A DNA stretch of 64,000 bases, from the IMG/VR virus record IMGVR_UViG_3300036828_000363, positions 29,236 to 93,235 of that record; one strand, written 5' to 3'. Below the pieces are notes generated by a model. The model ran no database searches. It saw only the letters and a program-made list of their open reading frames with translations, and was not told where the DNA came from. Shown here piece after piece: positions 35,409-47,500 of the stretch. This DNA comes from a virus. A program made the position numbers and the translations under genes. Within the stretch, counting starts at the first letter, position 1. Each line of letters begins with the position of its first letter.

Positions 35409-38314
35409 TGAATAGAGCAGTAGCAAAGTACTCCGAAGTGATGAATGATAATAGAGTAGCGAAGTACTCTGAAGATCAAGCACGTGATGACCACGGAAGG
35501 TTTGCGAGTGGTGGCGGTGAGGCACCTAAAGGTGACGTTGATGCCTTTGAAAAAGAGTTAGATGTAAAAGAGCTTAAATTGAGTCCTAATACTTCGTGGA
35601 TGTATGTCGATACACCGAAAGGACAAGCGGGATTAGACATTCATGATTTGCATAACTCCAATAAACCTGGCGTAGAGATTCATTGGTTGACTGCTCAGGA
35701 GCGTGGTTCGGGTAGAGCTGCTATGGAGAGAGTAACTGAGCTAGCAGATAAACATGGGATATACGTTAGTCTATGGGCACGTCCTTTGCCCGGACAAGGA
35801 GCAAACGAAGGTTTTACTCCAAAGAAAGCTCAGCTTGAAAATTTCTATAGAGGATTTGGATTTGAAGTTGATCGTCGTGATAATGGTAAGTATGCTTACA
35901 TGATTCGTGCTCCAAAGACTAATAACAAAGTTCAGAAGTACTCAGAAGATCAAGCGCGTGATGATCATGGTAGATTCGCGAGTGAAGATGAGACGCCGAC
36001 TGGATTCTATCCGGGAGAAGAAGGACATGGCGCAAAGGGCGCAGTAAAGCTTTCTTCTCTTGGTATATTACCGGAAGGTTGGATTACCAAAGACGGGGAG
36101 TTTATCATCAACCGGGATAATGGTGGATTTCACGCTCGCTCCGCGTTACAGAATGGATTACTGAATGAAGCTCAGGCGAAGAGAGTCGCGGTTAACGCAG
36201 GAGAAACTTCAAACATAGTCGGCTACGCCATTGACGCGGGAAACATTCGCGTGACTTCTGAGAATGGTATCGCTGGGATGCAAGGAGCAAAAGATGATTC
36301 GAGCACCTTAGAGCATATGAGAGACGGTATAGCTCATGTAACCAGTAAACATATCATCATTGAGCTATGGCCCAAGACTAATGTTGCAACTAATATTGCT
36401 GCCCGATCAGCACAGGAAGGTGTCATTCGCGGGAGCTTCAGCGGAGAAACAGCGTCAGAGGACGCGGATAAATGGCTTGCTTCAGGTGCAACTCGTAGTG
36501 TGGTCAAGCTCACAAAGCAACGTCCACTTGAAGATCGTCTCGAATTCCAAGGGATGAAAATCTCCATCGAGAATGGTAAGGGTTCGACTAGATCAGGTGT
36601 AGGCAAAGATGGTAAACCGTGGTCTATAACCATGACGTATCCATATGGCTACATTCGCGGGACGGAAGGAGTAGATGGTGACCATGTGGACTGCTTTATT
36701 GGCCCAAGTAAAGACGCGGCTTTCGCTTATGTTATTCATACTAAGGAGCCTTCTACTGGGGACTACGACGAAGATAAAGTAATGCTTGGGTGGGATTCTG
36801 CTGCTGAAGCTAAGAAAGCATTTTTGGATAACTACACCAGCCCAGACTTCTACCAGTCGATGGACGTTTTACCGATGGATGAATTCAAGGAAAAAGCGTT
36901 CGCGACAGCAGATGAACCTGCAATGATCAAAGACGCGACTACATCCGGTATCTCAACTCAGACTGGATTGAACGCCTACAACTTTGAAGTGGATGGTGAC
37001 AGGAGAAAGAATAAGCGGAGAAAAGATAGAAGTCTACAGAAAGACTTGAGTCCACTTGAGCTAATCAATCAGGAAGTAGCAGACTACGCAGAATTTAAAC
37101 CTGCAACGTTTGACTTCCATCCTCATATGACTATCGCCTACCTAAAGCCTGACTGTGATAGCATGAAGTTAGTAGGCAATCAGATTTTATCCGGACAAAA
37201 AGTCTTAATTGATTCTCTTACAATTACCAAAGCAGATGGTACGAGTGAAGTAATCAAGTTAGGTACTGCGGTCAAGAAGTTGTTTGATACTGCCTATACG
37301 GTTCCTGAACGTGTAAAGTTGTTCAATACAGCGTGTAAGGTTCCCGCTCGTGTCAAGATATTTTTGAACGATGAAAAAACGTTAGAATATTGCAAACGCA
37401 AATTCGAGAATGGTGGCATATTTAAAGGTGACCCGTTCATTCCGCCACCGCCAATCAATAAGTATTCCGATGATCAACCTCGTGATTATCATGGTCGCTT
37501 TTCCAGTGAGGGTGGTGAAGGTGGTGGTGAGACGAAGCAGATAGTTTCGATGACTCCACAAGAAAGAGAATCGCGCCTCGCGTCTTCAAAGGTAAGTGAC
37601 GTACATGACTTAGGTGGCGGAGTCAGTGACACTCGGGTGTTGACATACGATGACGGAAGCAAGGCAGTCTTTAAACCCGGCGCAGGAGAAGCACCGGGGA
37701 TGAGACGGAACATAACCAACGGATTCCAGACGGAAAGAGAAGCAGGAGCGTGGCAGGTAGCGAAAATCGTTGGAATGGATGACATAGTCACCCCAGTTGC
37801 GATTACCACTGTCTTAGGTCAACGTGGCGCGGTGTTAGAGTGGCAGAATGGTGATGTTGCAGCAAACGTAGACGGTCATCGCATGTTTGATGGTGAGGAA
37901 GACTTAGGTCGTGCTGCAGCCTTTGATTACATCATAGGTAATGAAGATCGCCATAGTGGCAACTGGATTGTTTCTGACGATGGTAAGCTACACTTGATTG
38001 ACCACGGCCTTTCATTTCCAGATAAGTCTGCCTACTTAACCAGTAACGATGAATTCATTACCGCGGCACACGATACACTTGACAAGATGCCTCATGAGTT
38101 TTCTGAACCCTATGTAGAAAACAGTGACAAAATCAATAAGGCGTTGACTAATCTTGGTTTGCCTCAAGGTGCAATTGATGGTGTGAATAGGCGCATCATG
38201 GAACTTGCGAACTATAACAACTGGACGCAACTAAAGAATGACAGCTCGTCAGATTACGCGCAGCAGTGGTTAGCAGGAGAAAGTGATCGTACTAAGCACG
38301 GACAGTTTTCATGA
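35405..38314 (+). CDS. Polyvalent protein (GNAT, inorganic pyrophosphatase-like, second half of 2H phosphoesterase, PI3/4-kinase-like)
   Basis: ERGSGRAAM...LENFYRGFGF; YGYIRGTEGVDGDHVDCF...DEDKVMLG; FHPHMTIAY; DYIIGNEDRHSGNW...IDHGLSF. Confidence 0.85.
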   Translation: MMNRAVAKYSEVMNDNRVAKYSEDQARDDHGRFASGGGEAPKGDVDAFEKELDVKELKLSPNTSWMYVDTPKGQAGLDIHDLHNSNKPGVEIHWLTAQERGSGRAAMERVTELADKHGIYVSLWARPLPGQGANEGFTPKKAQLENFYRGFGFEVDRRDNGKYAYMIRAPKTNNKVQKYSEDQARDDHGRFASEDETPTGFYPGEEGHGAKGAVKLSSLGILPEGWITKDGEFIINRDNGGFHARSALQNGLLNEAQAKRVAVNAGETSNIVGYAIDAGNIRVTSENGIAGMQGAKDDSSTLEHMRDGIAHVTSKHIIIELWPKTNVATNIAARSAQEGVIRGSFSGETASEDADKWLASGATRSVVKLTKQRPLEDRLEFQGMKISIENGKGSTRSGVGKDGKPWSITMTYPYGYIRGTEGVDGDHVDCFIGPSKDAAFAYVIHTKEPSTGDYDEDKVMLGWDSAAEAKKAFLDNYTSPDFYQSMDVLPMDEFKEKAFATADEPAMIKDATTSGISTQTGLNAYNFEVDGDRRKNKRRKDRSLQKDLSPLELINQEVADYAEFKPATFDFHPHMTIAYLKPDCDSMKLVGNQILSGQKVLIDSLTITKADGTSEVIKLGTAVKKLFDTAYTVPERVKLFNTACKVPARVKIFLNDEKTLEYCKRKFENGGIFKGDPFIPPPPINKYSDDQPRDYHGRFSSEGGEGGGETKQIVSMTPQERESRLASSKVSDVHDLGGGVSDTRVLTYDDGSKAVFKPGAGEAPGMRRNITNGFQTEREAGAWQVAKIVGMDDIVTPVAITTVLGQRGAVLEWQNGDVAANVDGHRMFDGEEDLGRAAAFDYIIGNEDRHSGNWIVSDDGKLHLIDHGLSFPDKSAYLTSNDEFITAAHDTLDKMPHEFSEPYVENSDKINKALTNLGLPQGAIDGVNRRIMELANYNNWTQLKNDSSSDYAQQWLAGESDRTKHGQFS

Positions 38315-39858
38315 AATGTGAGTTACTAGTTACGACGCCATCAGGACAGGTAGTTGCAGGAACAATTACCCTATTGGGCGACCAACTATCCGTTGATTCA
38401 AAGGACGGGTACAGTCGCCTCGTAAAGAACATTCTCACTACTTCAGTTTGGTCTGATGACGTGAGGATAAGCGCGACTAATAATCCGCAGGAATGGATCA
38501 AGGCGTTACCAAAGATGTTTAATGGTAGCTACATGAGAGCGAAGATGGTGGATGATCCAACCGATGTCAATCGCTACACAACGACGCCAAAAAATCTAGT
38601 AGTTCCTGCTCGCGTGAAGTTAGTCACTGTTGCGAAGTATTCCGAAGATCAAGCTAGAGATGATCATGGTCGCTTTTCTGGTGATGCTGTACATGGTCAA
38701 TCAGACACGAAGGACAACGAAGACTGGGCACGCGCAAAACGTAACTTAGGTTTGCCACCGGACGCGCCTTATTCCTCTGCAATATCCGCAGAAGCTACAC
38801 GGTTGAAGTCAGAGCGAACAAAGAAAGTCATGATTGCAAAGGCACATAAGATCAAGATTGATCCCGACTATAAACACCCTGTACTTACAGTAGCTCAATC
38901 TAAGCTACAGAATACTATTTCATCTACCTTCAAAAAGCAACAGGGTAGGTTGATTGCAATCATTCGTAAGCATATAAACAAGTTGAAACCACTTCGGGTG
39001 AAGAAATCCCGCAAAATATTTAAGGCAGATGAGTCATCTTTCTTAGACGCTCTCATTCAACGTTATTTAAATTTAGCACCAGCAAGATATAACGCTCTTC
39101 CTTCTCCGCTTCAGACTGGATTGTTGTCAGAAGCGTCAACACAAACTCCGCTTACCGATGATCAACTACTTGAGCTGTTGAAACAAGCGGAAGATAATGC
39201 TGATGCGATGCGTGATGTTCTCAAGGAAGTAGGTGAGACAGAAGACGCGGAGTTAAGTTCACAGTCCGGGGCCGAGCAGTTAAATGACGCGCAAAACGCG
39301 TTAGAGAGTGCTGCGAGCGTTGGCGCAGACAAAGGAATCACCGAACTCAATATCACCAACAACGATGTGATTGCTAGCGCAGACGCTGCGTCTCAGGCAT
39401 GGGCACAAGATCGTGCGGCGGAAATGGTCGGGATGAAATGGGTTGACGGTGAGCTAGTAGATAACCCAAACGCGAAGTGGGTAATCTCGGATACCACCCG
39501 GTCAGATATTAATCGCATAGTTACTGACGCGTTCTCTAAACCTACATCGATACAAGATGTGACTCAAGCGATACAGGACGCGGGAACTTTTTCAGATGAA
39601 CGAGCAGCGAACATCGCGAGAACCGAAATAGGTAATGCTCAGGTACAAGCGAATTTCCTCGCGTGGCAAGAAGCAGGCAACATAGCAAAGCTTAATTTTT
39701 TAACTACCAATGAGTCTGACGTTTGTGAAGTTTGCTTAGACTTTGAGGATGACAATCCTTATGACTTTTCTGAGGCACCGATTCCAATTGAGGACACTCA
39801 CCCGTCTTGCAGGTGTATTCTAGTTCCGGTATTTGGGGATGGTCAAGAAGAAGAATAA
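38311..39858 (+). CDS. MuF / SPP1 gp7-like head morphogenesis protein
   Basis: RAANIARTE...VCEVC...HPSCRC. Confidence 0.88.
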   Translation: MKCELLVTTPSGQVVAGTITLLGDQLSVDSKDGYSRLVKNILTTSVWSDDVRISATNNPQEWIKALPKMFNGSYMRAKMVDDPTDVNRYTTTPKNLVVPARVKLVTVAKYSEDQARDDHGRFSGDAVHGQSDTKDNEDWARAKRNLGLPPDAPYSSAISAEATRLKSERTKKVMIAKAHKIKIDPDYKHPVLTVAQSKLQNTISSTFKKQQGRLIAIIRKHINKLKPLRVKKSRKIFKADESSFLDALIQRYLNLAPARYNALPSPLQTGLLSEASTQTPLTDDQLLELLKQAEDNADAMRDVLKEVGETEDAELSSQSGAEQLNDAQNALESAASVGADKGITELNITNNDVIASADAASQAWAQDRAAEMVGMKWVDGELVDNPNAKWVISDTTRSDINRIVTDAFSKPTSIQDVTQAIQDAGTFSDERAANIARTEIGNAQVQANFLAWQEAGNIAKLNFLTTNESDVCEVCLDFEDDNPYDFSEAPIPIEDTHPSCRCILVPVFGDGQEEE

Positions 39859-41243
39859 TGGCGTTTCAAACTAGAACGGTTGCGTCATTCACAGCGCATA
39901 ATGTATCAAATTCTTCTGGCTACAATCAAGCAAACCATTCTGATTTGTTCACTGGTTCAACAAACCATGATGGTAATATCATTGCAGTAAATCCTGCTTT
40001 GTGTGATGACTCGGAAAATGCTGCGGCTCCAATGGTCATCAGCAAAGAGACAGTTCGTAACTTGATGCCCGTTGGTTGGACTGGACGTATTGCCATTCAT
40101 TCTATGTTGTGGTGGGGAAGAGCGAACCATCCGAACATCGGAATAGACGACAGTGATCCCGCTACGATTGCGAAGATAGTGCAAGATATAATTGACCGTG
40201 GTTATGACATTCTCATTCCAGACTGGTATCACCCAACAAAAACTACTGTCACGAATGACGCTCTTGTAGATTTGTGGTTCACTGCCGCAAACAACCTTGG
40301 TTTGAATATCATGCTCATGATTGATCAACAGTATTTTGGTAATCAGGGGAGTACAGCCGCGACGATGCAGGCAGACATAATCTCTGCAATCAATCATCTG
40401 ATGGATCGTTATGCTTCAAATCCTCAGTATGAGTGGTTTACATTCAACGGAGTATCACGTCCAATGCTTTTGTTGTGGGATGTCGCGGCGGTTGCTGGTG
40501 CAAACGTCGATTGGAATGCAGTTAGTGCAGCAGTAATTCCTCACTCGAATCCACTCTTGATTCAGTATCAGAATAGTGGATTCACTGTGGCTAAGAGTGA
40601 TGGTAGTCTGTCTTGGATAGATTCGAATGCAGATTCAGTATCCAGTCCGTCCGGCATTTTGTACCTTACGAATAGCTGGTTCCCTGCTTGTAACTCTCAT
40701 CCCAGTTTGATTCATGTTAGCTCTTGTTGGCCCGGATTCAATGGGACTCTTACAAGGCAAACATCGTGGTCACTGGGAAAATACATCAGTCAAAATGGCG
40801 GTCAAACGTGGCTAGATACTTGGGGTGCAAATGCAAGTTACGTAAGTGGTGGTGGACGAATTGATTTTCTCGCTACTATCATTCTTGATGACTTTCAAGA
40901 AGGTTCCGCAATTCAAGGCGGTATCAGGACAGATGTTGTAGTAACTGCTAGTATCGCTGGTAGTCTGGTAACCTTCACTATCACAGGCACAGAAAATACT
41001 GTCCGACAATATAATTTGTGGGGAACTACAGATGGCACAACTGCCTATCTACTTTCTACGGTTCTTCCGGGTGCCACGAAGCAATTTGATTTGAGAAACA
41101 TGCTAGTTCCTTCGACTGGCGTCTATACGCTTTATGTTGAAGCTCAAGGAATGCCGTGTCTGCAAAATAAGATGGCACCACAAACATTCTCAGGTGTCTC
41201 TCTTGGTACTGGGCAACTTTTGGAATTCTTTACTCCCGCGTAG
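39858..41243 (+). CDS. Glycoside hydrolase-like protein (GH99/GH71-like), paralog 1
   Basis: HSMLWWG, DPATI..IVQD..DRGYD..IPDWY, WPGFN, DDFQEG; start re-chosen at MAFQTR. Confidence 0.65.
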   Translation: MAFQTRTVASFTAHNVSNSSGYNQANHSDLFTGSTNHDGNIIAVNPALCDDSENAAAPMVISKETVRNLMPVGWTGRIAIHSMLWWGRANHPNIGIDDSDPATIAKIVQDIIDRGYDILIPDWYHPTKTTVTNDALVDLWFTAANNLGLNIMLMIDQQYFGNQGSTAATMQADIISAINHLMDRYASNPQYEWFTFNGVSRPMLLLWDVAAVAGANVDWNAVSAAVIPHSNPLLIQYQNSGFTVAKSDGSLSWIDSNADSVSSPSGILYLTNSWFPACNSHPSLIHVSSCWPGFNGTLTRQTSWSLGKYISQNGGQTWLDTWGANASYVSGGGRIDFLATIILDDFQEGSAIQGGIRTDVVVTASIAGSLVTFTITGTENTVRQYNLWGTTDGTTAYLLSTVLPGATKQFDLRNMLVPSTGVYTLYVEAQGMPCLQNKMAPQTFSGVSLGTGQLLEFFTPA

Positions 41244-41248
41244 TTGAT

Positions 41249-43840
41249 ATGGCTACAGGTTCAAATACACCTAATCTAGACCTATTCAAACCCACAAATG
41301 ATTCTTTTGACTGGGGTGATCAGGTCAACGCGAACTTTGATAAGCTAGATACAGCTTATGCAGAGAACTTGGCGGGTGTTACTGGCCCGACTGGTTACAC
41401 GGGAAATGTTGGCCCACAAGGTAATCCGGGCGCACAAGGTACACCGGGTGTACAAGGTAATCCGGGAGTACCGGGAACTCAAGGCCCGACAGGAGCACCG
41501 GGAGCACCGGGTATTCAAGGCAACAAGGGTGATCAGGGTATTCAAGGAATTCCGGGTATTCAAGGAATTCAGGGTAGCCAAGGCCCACAAGGTTCACAAG
41601 GTACGGTTGGAACTCAAGGTGCAACTGGCCCAACTGGTTACACCGGGAGTCAAGGTACACCGGGAACTCAAGGTGCGAGTGGAAATACTGGCTACACAGG
41701 TTACACTGGAGCGACAGGTTACACCGGAAGTCAAGGTACTGCTGGAATTCAAGGTGTAAGTGGAAATACTGGTTATACTGGCTACACTGGAGCGACAGGC
41801 TACACCGGATTAGCTTCGAATGTGACTGGGCCAACTGGATACACCGGAAGAACTGGTTACACTGGCTACACGGGTTACACCGGAATTCAAGGTACGGCAG
41901 GTTCAACTGGCCCCGCAGGTTCCGCGTCATCGACTGGTGCAACAGGATACACCGGATACACCGGAGCGACTGGTGCTGCGGGAGTAGCTTCAGCTACTGG
42001 TGCGACTGGATACACCGGGCCTCAGGGTGGCGCGTCATCGACTGGATCAACTGGTTACACCGGGACACCGGGAACTACCGGGCCAACTGGTTACACTGGT
42101 GCTCAAGGAGTAACTGGTTATACAGGTTATACCGGAACTCAAGGTGCAACTGGTTTTACGGGTTACACCGGAACTCCGGGTACTACTGGCTACACTGGTT
42201 ACACTGGTGCTCAAGGAGTAACTGGTTATACAGGTTACACCGGAACTATCGGTACTACTGGCTACACCGGGTACACCGGAAGTCAAGGTATACCGGGAGC
42301 GACAGGCCCGACTGGTTACACTGGATTACCATCAACTGTGGCAGGGCCAGCGGGGCCAGCAGGTTCACAAGGTGCACAAGGTTTACAAGGTGCAGCAGGG
42401 CCACAAGGCCCACAAGGTAATCAGGGAGTACAAGGTAATCAAGGAGTACAAGGCCCAGCAGGTTCGACTGGCCCACAAGGTTCGATTGGTGTTACGGGTT
42501 CGACTGGTTATACTGGACTTGGCGCAGATAATTTCAGTAACTTAGTTTCAGCAGTAGTTGGAAAGCCAAGCGTTAGTCAACTGGTGATGATCTATACCGC
42601 TGCGACTTCAATGCAGTTTCCAGCGAACTTCGCGACTCCAAATTCGAAGGGTTCTGTTGGTGCGAATCCAACAGCCACCGCAACTTACATAGTTAGCAAG
42701 AACGGTACTCAGGTAGGCACAGTAGCAATTTCAACAACTGGTGTCTTCACTTTTAGTACAACTGGTGGCACTGTTGTAACGTTGAATCCGGGTGACAGAC
42801 TAACGGTTACAGCACCAGCTACGCAAGACTCAACATTATCCGATGTAAGTATCACCTTGGCTGCAACTAGATCGGGAGTTGTATCACCGGGAACGCCAAT
42901 TCCAATTGTAACTTGGAGAGGGGCGTATGCAAGTGGTACTGCTTACGGAATAAATGACGCAGTCTCCTATCAGGGTTCTAGTTATATTTGCATTGCTCCT
43001 ACCACGGGTAACGTACCGACTAATGTTTCCTTCTGGAATATACTAGCACAAAGTGGTTTTACTGGGTACACCGGGTACACCGGGCCATCAGGTTCAGCCT
43101 CTGCTACTGGTGCAACTGGCCCAGCGGGTGCAGCAGGTTCTACTGGCCCCGCAGGTGTTGGTTCGACTGGCCCTTCAGGAAGTCCGGGCGCGACTGGTTA
43201 CACTGGGTATACTGGTGCCGCAGGATCAGGGGGAGTAACGGGCGCAGAATTGACTGCTAACAAAGATCAAGCGGGTGGTTATGCAGGACTAGATAGTAGT
43301 GCAAACCTGCTTGATCAAGAGCAATCAGTTTATGTTCGTGATGTGAAGGTTACGACTACGACTGCTGCGACTTCAACCGTCAATGATCAAACCTTGTATG
43401 CCGGCCCAGTTGTTTCCGCAGGTTATTTTGATGCTGTTGGTAGAGGTATGAAGTTTCGTGCCTTTGGAACGGTTAATGTTGCAGTTAATACAACGACCTT
43501 TCAAATAAGGTTAGTTGTGCAGGGAGTCACAACCCTGCTTATGTTTGCAGCTCAGACTTTACCTGTCGCAGGAACTAGTTATCCGTGGGAAGCAGAATTC
43601 TCACTTGTTCGTCGCACTACCGGAACAACTGGTGTTTGCTCAGTGTTTGGTAGACTAACGGTAGCTCAGTCTCCGGTTGGTACAGCAGGTGTACCGAAGG
43701 TTGATATTAATCAAGTGGTAACTAATCCAGTTGATTTTACTGTCCAGCAGACAGTGTCGATTGTCGGTACTTTCAATGTGGCATCAGCGAGCAATGTTTA
43801 CACCGTGAATGGTGGAGAGGTAGTACGGTTTGGCAGCTAG
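41249..43840 (+). CDS. Collagen-like (Gly-X-Y, GYT-rich) fibre protein with CBM5/12-like domain
   Basis: Long G-X-Y tracts; [24 protein letters not shown]. Confidence 0.88.
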   Translation: MATGSNTPNLDLFKPTNDSFDWGDQVNANFDKLDTAYAENLAGVTGPTGYTGNVGPQGNPGAQGTPGVQGNPGVPGTQGPTGAPGAPGIQGNKGDQGIQGIPGIQGIQGSQGPQGSQGTVGTQGATGPTGYTGSQGTPGTQGASGNTGYTGYTGATGYTGSQGTAGIQGVSGNTGYTGYTGATGYTGLASNVTGPTGYTGRTGYTGYTGYTGIQGTAGSTGPAGSASSTGATGYTGYTGATGAAGVASATGATGYTGPQGGASSTGSTGYTGTPGTTGPTGYTGAQGVTGYTGYTGTQGATGFTGYTGTPGTTGYTGYTGAQGVTGYTGYTGTIGTTGYTGYTGSQGIPGATGPTGYTGLPSTVAGPAGPAGSQGAQGLQGAAGPQGPQGNQGVQGNQGVQGPAGSTGPQGSIGVTGSTGYTGLGADNFSNLVSAVVGKPSVSQLVMIYTAATSMQFPANFATPNSKGSVGANPTATATYIVSKNGTQVGTVAISTTGVFTFSTTGGTVVTLNPGDRLTVTAPATQDSTLSDVSITLAATRSGVVSPGTPIPIVTWRGAYASGTAYGINDAVSYQGSSYICIAPTTGNVPTNVSFWNILAQSGFTGYTGYTGPSGSASATGATGPAGAAGSTGPAGVGSTGPSGSPGATGYTGYTGAAGSGGVTGAELTANKDQAGGYAGLDSSANLLDQEQSVYVRDVKVTTTTAATSTVNDQTLYAGPVVSAGYFDAVGRGMKFRAFGTVNVAVNTTTFQIRLVVQGVTTLLMFAAQTLPVAGTSYPWEAEFSLVRRTTGTTGVCSVFGRLTVAQSPVGTAGVPKVDINQVVTNPVDFTVQQTVSIVGTFNVASASNVYTVNGGEVVRFGS

Positions 43841-44495
43841 AATTCAACAAGTAGCAGCAGTTACTAGTGGAGCTGCAACACTAACAGCAACTATTGCTGC
43901 TTCAAAAGCTAACAGTTTGATTGTTGCTTATCTAACTGTACTAGGAACATCGGGTGCAATTACAGTTAAAACTAATTCAGGCACCAGCTTAACGATTGCG
44001 AAGAATTTAACAACGCCGTTTCTGGCTGGTGTTTACTTTCTTCCTGCTTCACCAGCAGGTGTGACTAGTATTGCTACAACGTTTACATTTAATCAAGCAA
44101 GTTTAATCGTAGCAGAATACTCTGGTATTCTCGCATCTCCATTGGATCAAGCAGCAGGTAAAGACAATGGGTTTGATACTGGAGCACCAAACTGGACTTC
44201 TGGTGCAACCGCTGCTCTCGCACAATCCGGCGATTTAGTTTTAGGTTTTGCCTCAGAGGTTAGAAAAGGTACTAGAACATTCACGCCGGGTTCTGGTTTT
44301 ACTTCAGTTATTACTACTTCTGATGGAATTGCTTACATGGAAGAAATGTTAGCTTATGGAAGTACAACTGGAATTGCTGCGACTGGTACTTTTTCTCCAA
44401 CGACTACAGACTATGAAGTAATGGCGTTTGTAGTTGCGTTTAAACAAGCTGTTGTCGCAACACCACCACCGATTTTGATGTACATATCAAGTTAA
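43830..44495 (+). CDS. Ala/Thr-rich virion structural protein
   Basis: Beta-rich; IVAEYSG motif; lies between fibre genes. Confidence 0.6.
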   Translation: MAARIQQVAAVTSGAATLTATIAASKANSLIVAYLTVLGTSGAITVKTNSGTSLTIAKNLTTPFLAGVYFLPASPAGVTSIATTFTFNQASLIVAEYSGILASPLDQAAGKDNGFDTGAPNWTSGATAALAQSGDLVLGFASEVRKGTRTFTPGSGFTSVITTSDGIAYMEEMLAYGSTTGIAATGTFSPTTTDYEVMAFVVAFKQAVVATPPPILMYISS

Positions 44496-44508
44496 GAGGG
44501 TTTACTAA

Positions 44509-47500
44509 GTGGCATCTGGTACAACAACCCCGTTTTTAAGTCTCTATAAACCTTTCCGTGGTGAGGTTGGTTGGGACGCGGCAGTAAACCAGAATTTTGA
44601 TCTAATCGATACCTTTGCAGAAGAGAACTCTCAAGGTTCGACAGGTGGAGCAGGTAGTACTGGATCAACTGGCTACACCGGATACACTGGCTATACTGGC
44701 CCTGCCGGGAGTGGTGGAACTGGTTCGGGTTCTACTGGAGCGACTGGATATACCGGAACACCGGGAGCTACTGGTGCAACTGGTTACACGGGTTACACCG
44801 GAAGGACTGGCTACACGGGTTATACCGGGAGCCAAGGTACTGCTGGAACTATAGGCGCGACTGGATATACAGGGTACACCGGAACCGGAACCATTGGTGC
44901 AACAGGATATACCGGGTACACCGGGTCTCAAGGTTCAACTGGTTACACTGGCCCCGCTGGAGTAGCAGCGAATACCGGGCCAACAGGTTACACCGGGCCA
45001 GCAGGTGTTGGTTCAACTGGTGCAACCGGATACACTGGCCCCGCAGGTTCAGGTTCTGCTACTACCGGGCCGACTGGTTACACTGGTGCTCAAGGCGCGA
45101 CTGGTTACACCGGGAGTCAAGGTAATCAGGGAGCAACTGGCCCAACTGGTTACACCGGGAGTCAAGGTACTGCTGGAAGTCAAGGTATACCGGGAACTAC
45201 GGGTGCAACTGGATTTACAGGTTACACTGGAAGTCAAGGTACTGCTGGAACCATTGGCCCGACTGGTTACACGGGTTATACCGGGAGTCAAGGTACTGCT
45301 GGAACTCAGGGGGCGACTGGATATACAGGATACACCGGGAATACTGGTGCTCAAGGTTCTCAGGGGATTGTAGGGGTTACTGGGCCTCAAGGTGTCACCG
45401 GATACACCGGATACACTGGTGCGGGTGCTTTTACTGGTTACACAGGTTATACCGGACAGTCATCCACGGTCACCGGGCCAACTGGATACACCGGAACTCA
45501 AGGTACTGCTGGAACTCAAGGTGCAACTGGATACACTGGCTACACGGGATACACTGGGTACACCGGGAGTCAAGGTACTGCCGGAACACCAAGTACGGTA
45601 ACTGGGCCAACTGGTTATACAGGTTACACCGGGACTGCTGGAACCATAGGCGCGACTGGTTACACCGGATACACTGGTGCTCAAGGTTCAACTGGCTACA
45701 CGGGTTACACCGGAACTCCGGGTGGTGCTTCATCGACTGGTTCTACCGGGCCAACTGGTTACACTGGCGCTGCTGGTAGTGGTGGCGGTGGTTTTATAAA
45801 TATTCAGAGCCAACTACCTCAAGTTACTGGTACTGCTGCTGATGCAACATTATTCACCGCTTCGCTTACTGCTGGGGTGCTGACAAGTTCAACTAAGGTC
45901 ATAATCAAGTTTTCAATTTCTCACGTTGGTTCAGCTTCGTGTATCTATAAACTCAAATGGGGAACTGATTCTTTTACCATTTTAACTAGCACTGCTGCAG
46001 CAGTGGTCGGAGAAATAGGAATCACACTCGGTCTTCAAGGTCAACCCACTCAACAAGTGGTTTCTAGCAGTGTGCAACAAAATGCGCTTTCACCAACACT
46101 TACAGTTAATGCCGGAACTCAAGCTGCTGGTAGTGCAATTACTGTTACGATTACAGGGAATGTTGCAGCGACTGATAGTTTCACTCCACAACAGTTTGCG
46201 ATGGTTAGTGTTCTAGCTCAAGGGATAACTGGTTCCACTGGTTATACTGGTGCTCAAGGTACACCGGGAGCTACTGGTGCAACTGGTTATACAGGTTACA
46301 CTGGTGCTCAAGGTACTGCCGGAACTCAAGGTACTACTGGCTACACTGGTTACACGGGTTCTGTAGGCGCAGCTTCAACAGTAACCGGGCCAACTGGTTA
46401 TACAGGTTACACCGGAAGTCAAGGTACAGCGGGAACTCAAGGCCCAACCGGATACACCGGATATACAGGTGCTCAGGGAATTCAGGGTGTAGTAGGAGCG
46501 ACTGGATACACCGGATACACCGGAACTCAAGGTATTGTTGGAACTCAAGGTGCTACTGGTTACACCGGGTACACCGGGACTGCCGGAACTCAAGGAGTCA
46601 CCGGATATACTGGCTACACCGGATACACTGGAGCAGGAAATTTCACTGGCTACACCGGATACACTGGGCCAGCGGGTGCTGCGTCAACCGTTACCGGATA
46701 CACTGGCTACACTGGTTACACCGGATCAGCGGGTACTGCTTCAACCGTAACCGGGCCAACCGGATACACTGGAGCTTCATCTACCGTAACCGGGCCAACT
46801 GGTTACACTGGACTTATAGGCCCGACTGGTACTACTGGTTACACCGGAAGGACTGGCTACACTGGTTACACTGGAGCAGGAAACTTCACTGGTTATACTG
46901 GTTACACCGGGCCAACTGGTTACACTGGAGCAGGGAATTTCACTGGCTATACCGGCCCGACTGGTTACACGGGATTAGGCACTGATAATTTTACGCATGT
47001 TGTTTCTGCTGTTGCAGGAAAACCTACCGCCAGTCAACTAGTTTGTATTAGTACGGTAGCTGCTCCTGCTCAATTTCCTGCTGACTTCAACACTCCAACT
47101 TCTCAGGCATCAGTAGGTACTAATCCAACTGCAACTGCCGTCTACACCATCTACAAGAATGGAGTGCAAATTGGAACTTGCACATTCAATACATCAGGGG
47201 TAGAAACATTTTCTTCCAGTGGTTTAGTGGTAACTGCTAATCCGGGTGATAGATTAACAATTCTTGCACCAGCTACTCCAGATGCTACGATGGCAGATGT
47301 AAGTATTAACCTTGTCGCAACTCGTTCTGGTGTAGTCGCGCCAAGTACTCCAATTCCGATTTTAACTTGGAGAGGTGCTTACAATGCAGGCACCACGTAT
47401 GGAGTCAATGATGTAGTTAGCTACCAGAATTCAAGCTACGTTTGTATTGCTCCGTCTACTGGAAATCTTCCGACCAATACTTCGTTCTGGGCTTTGATGG

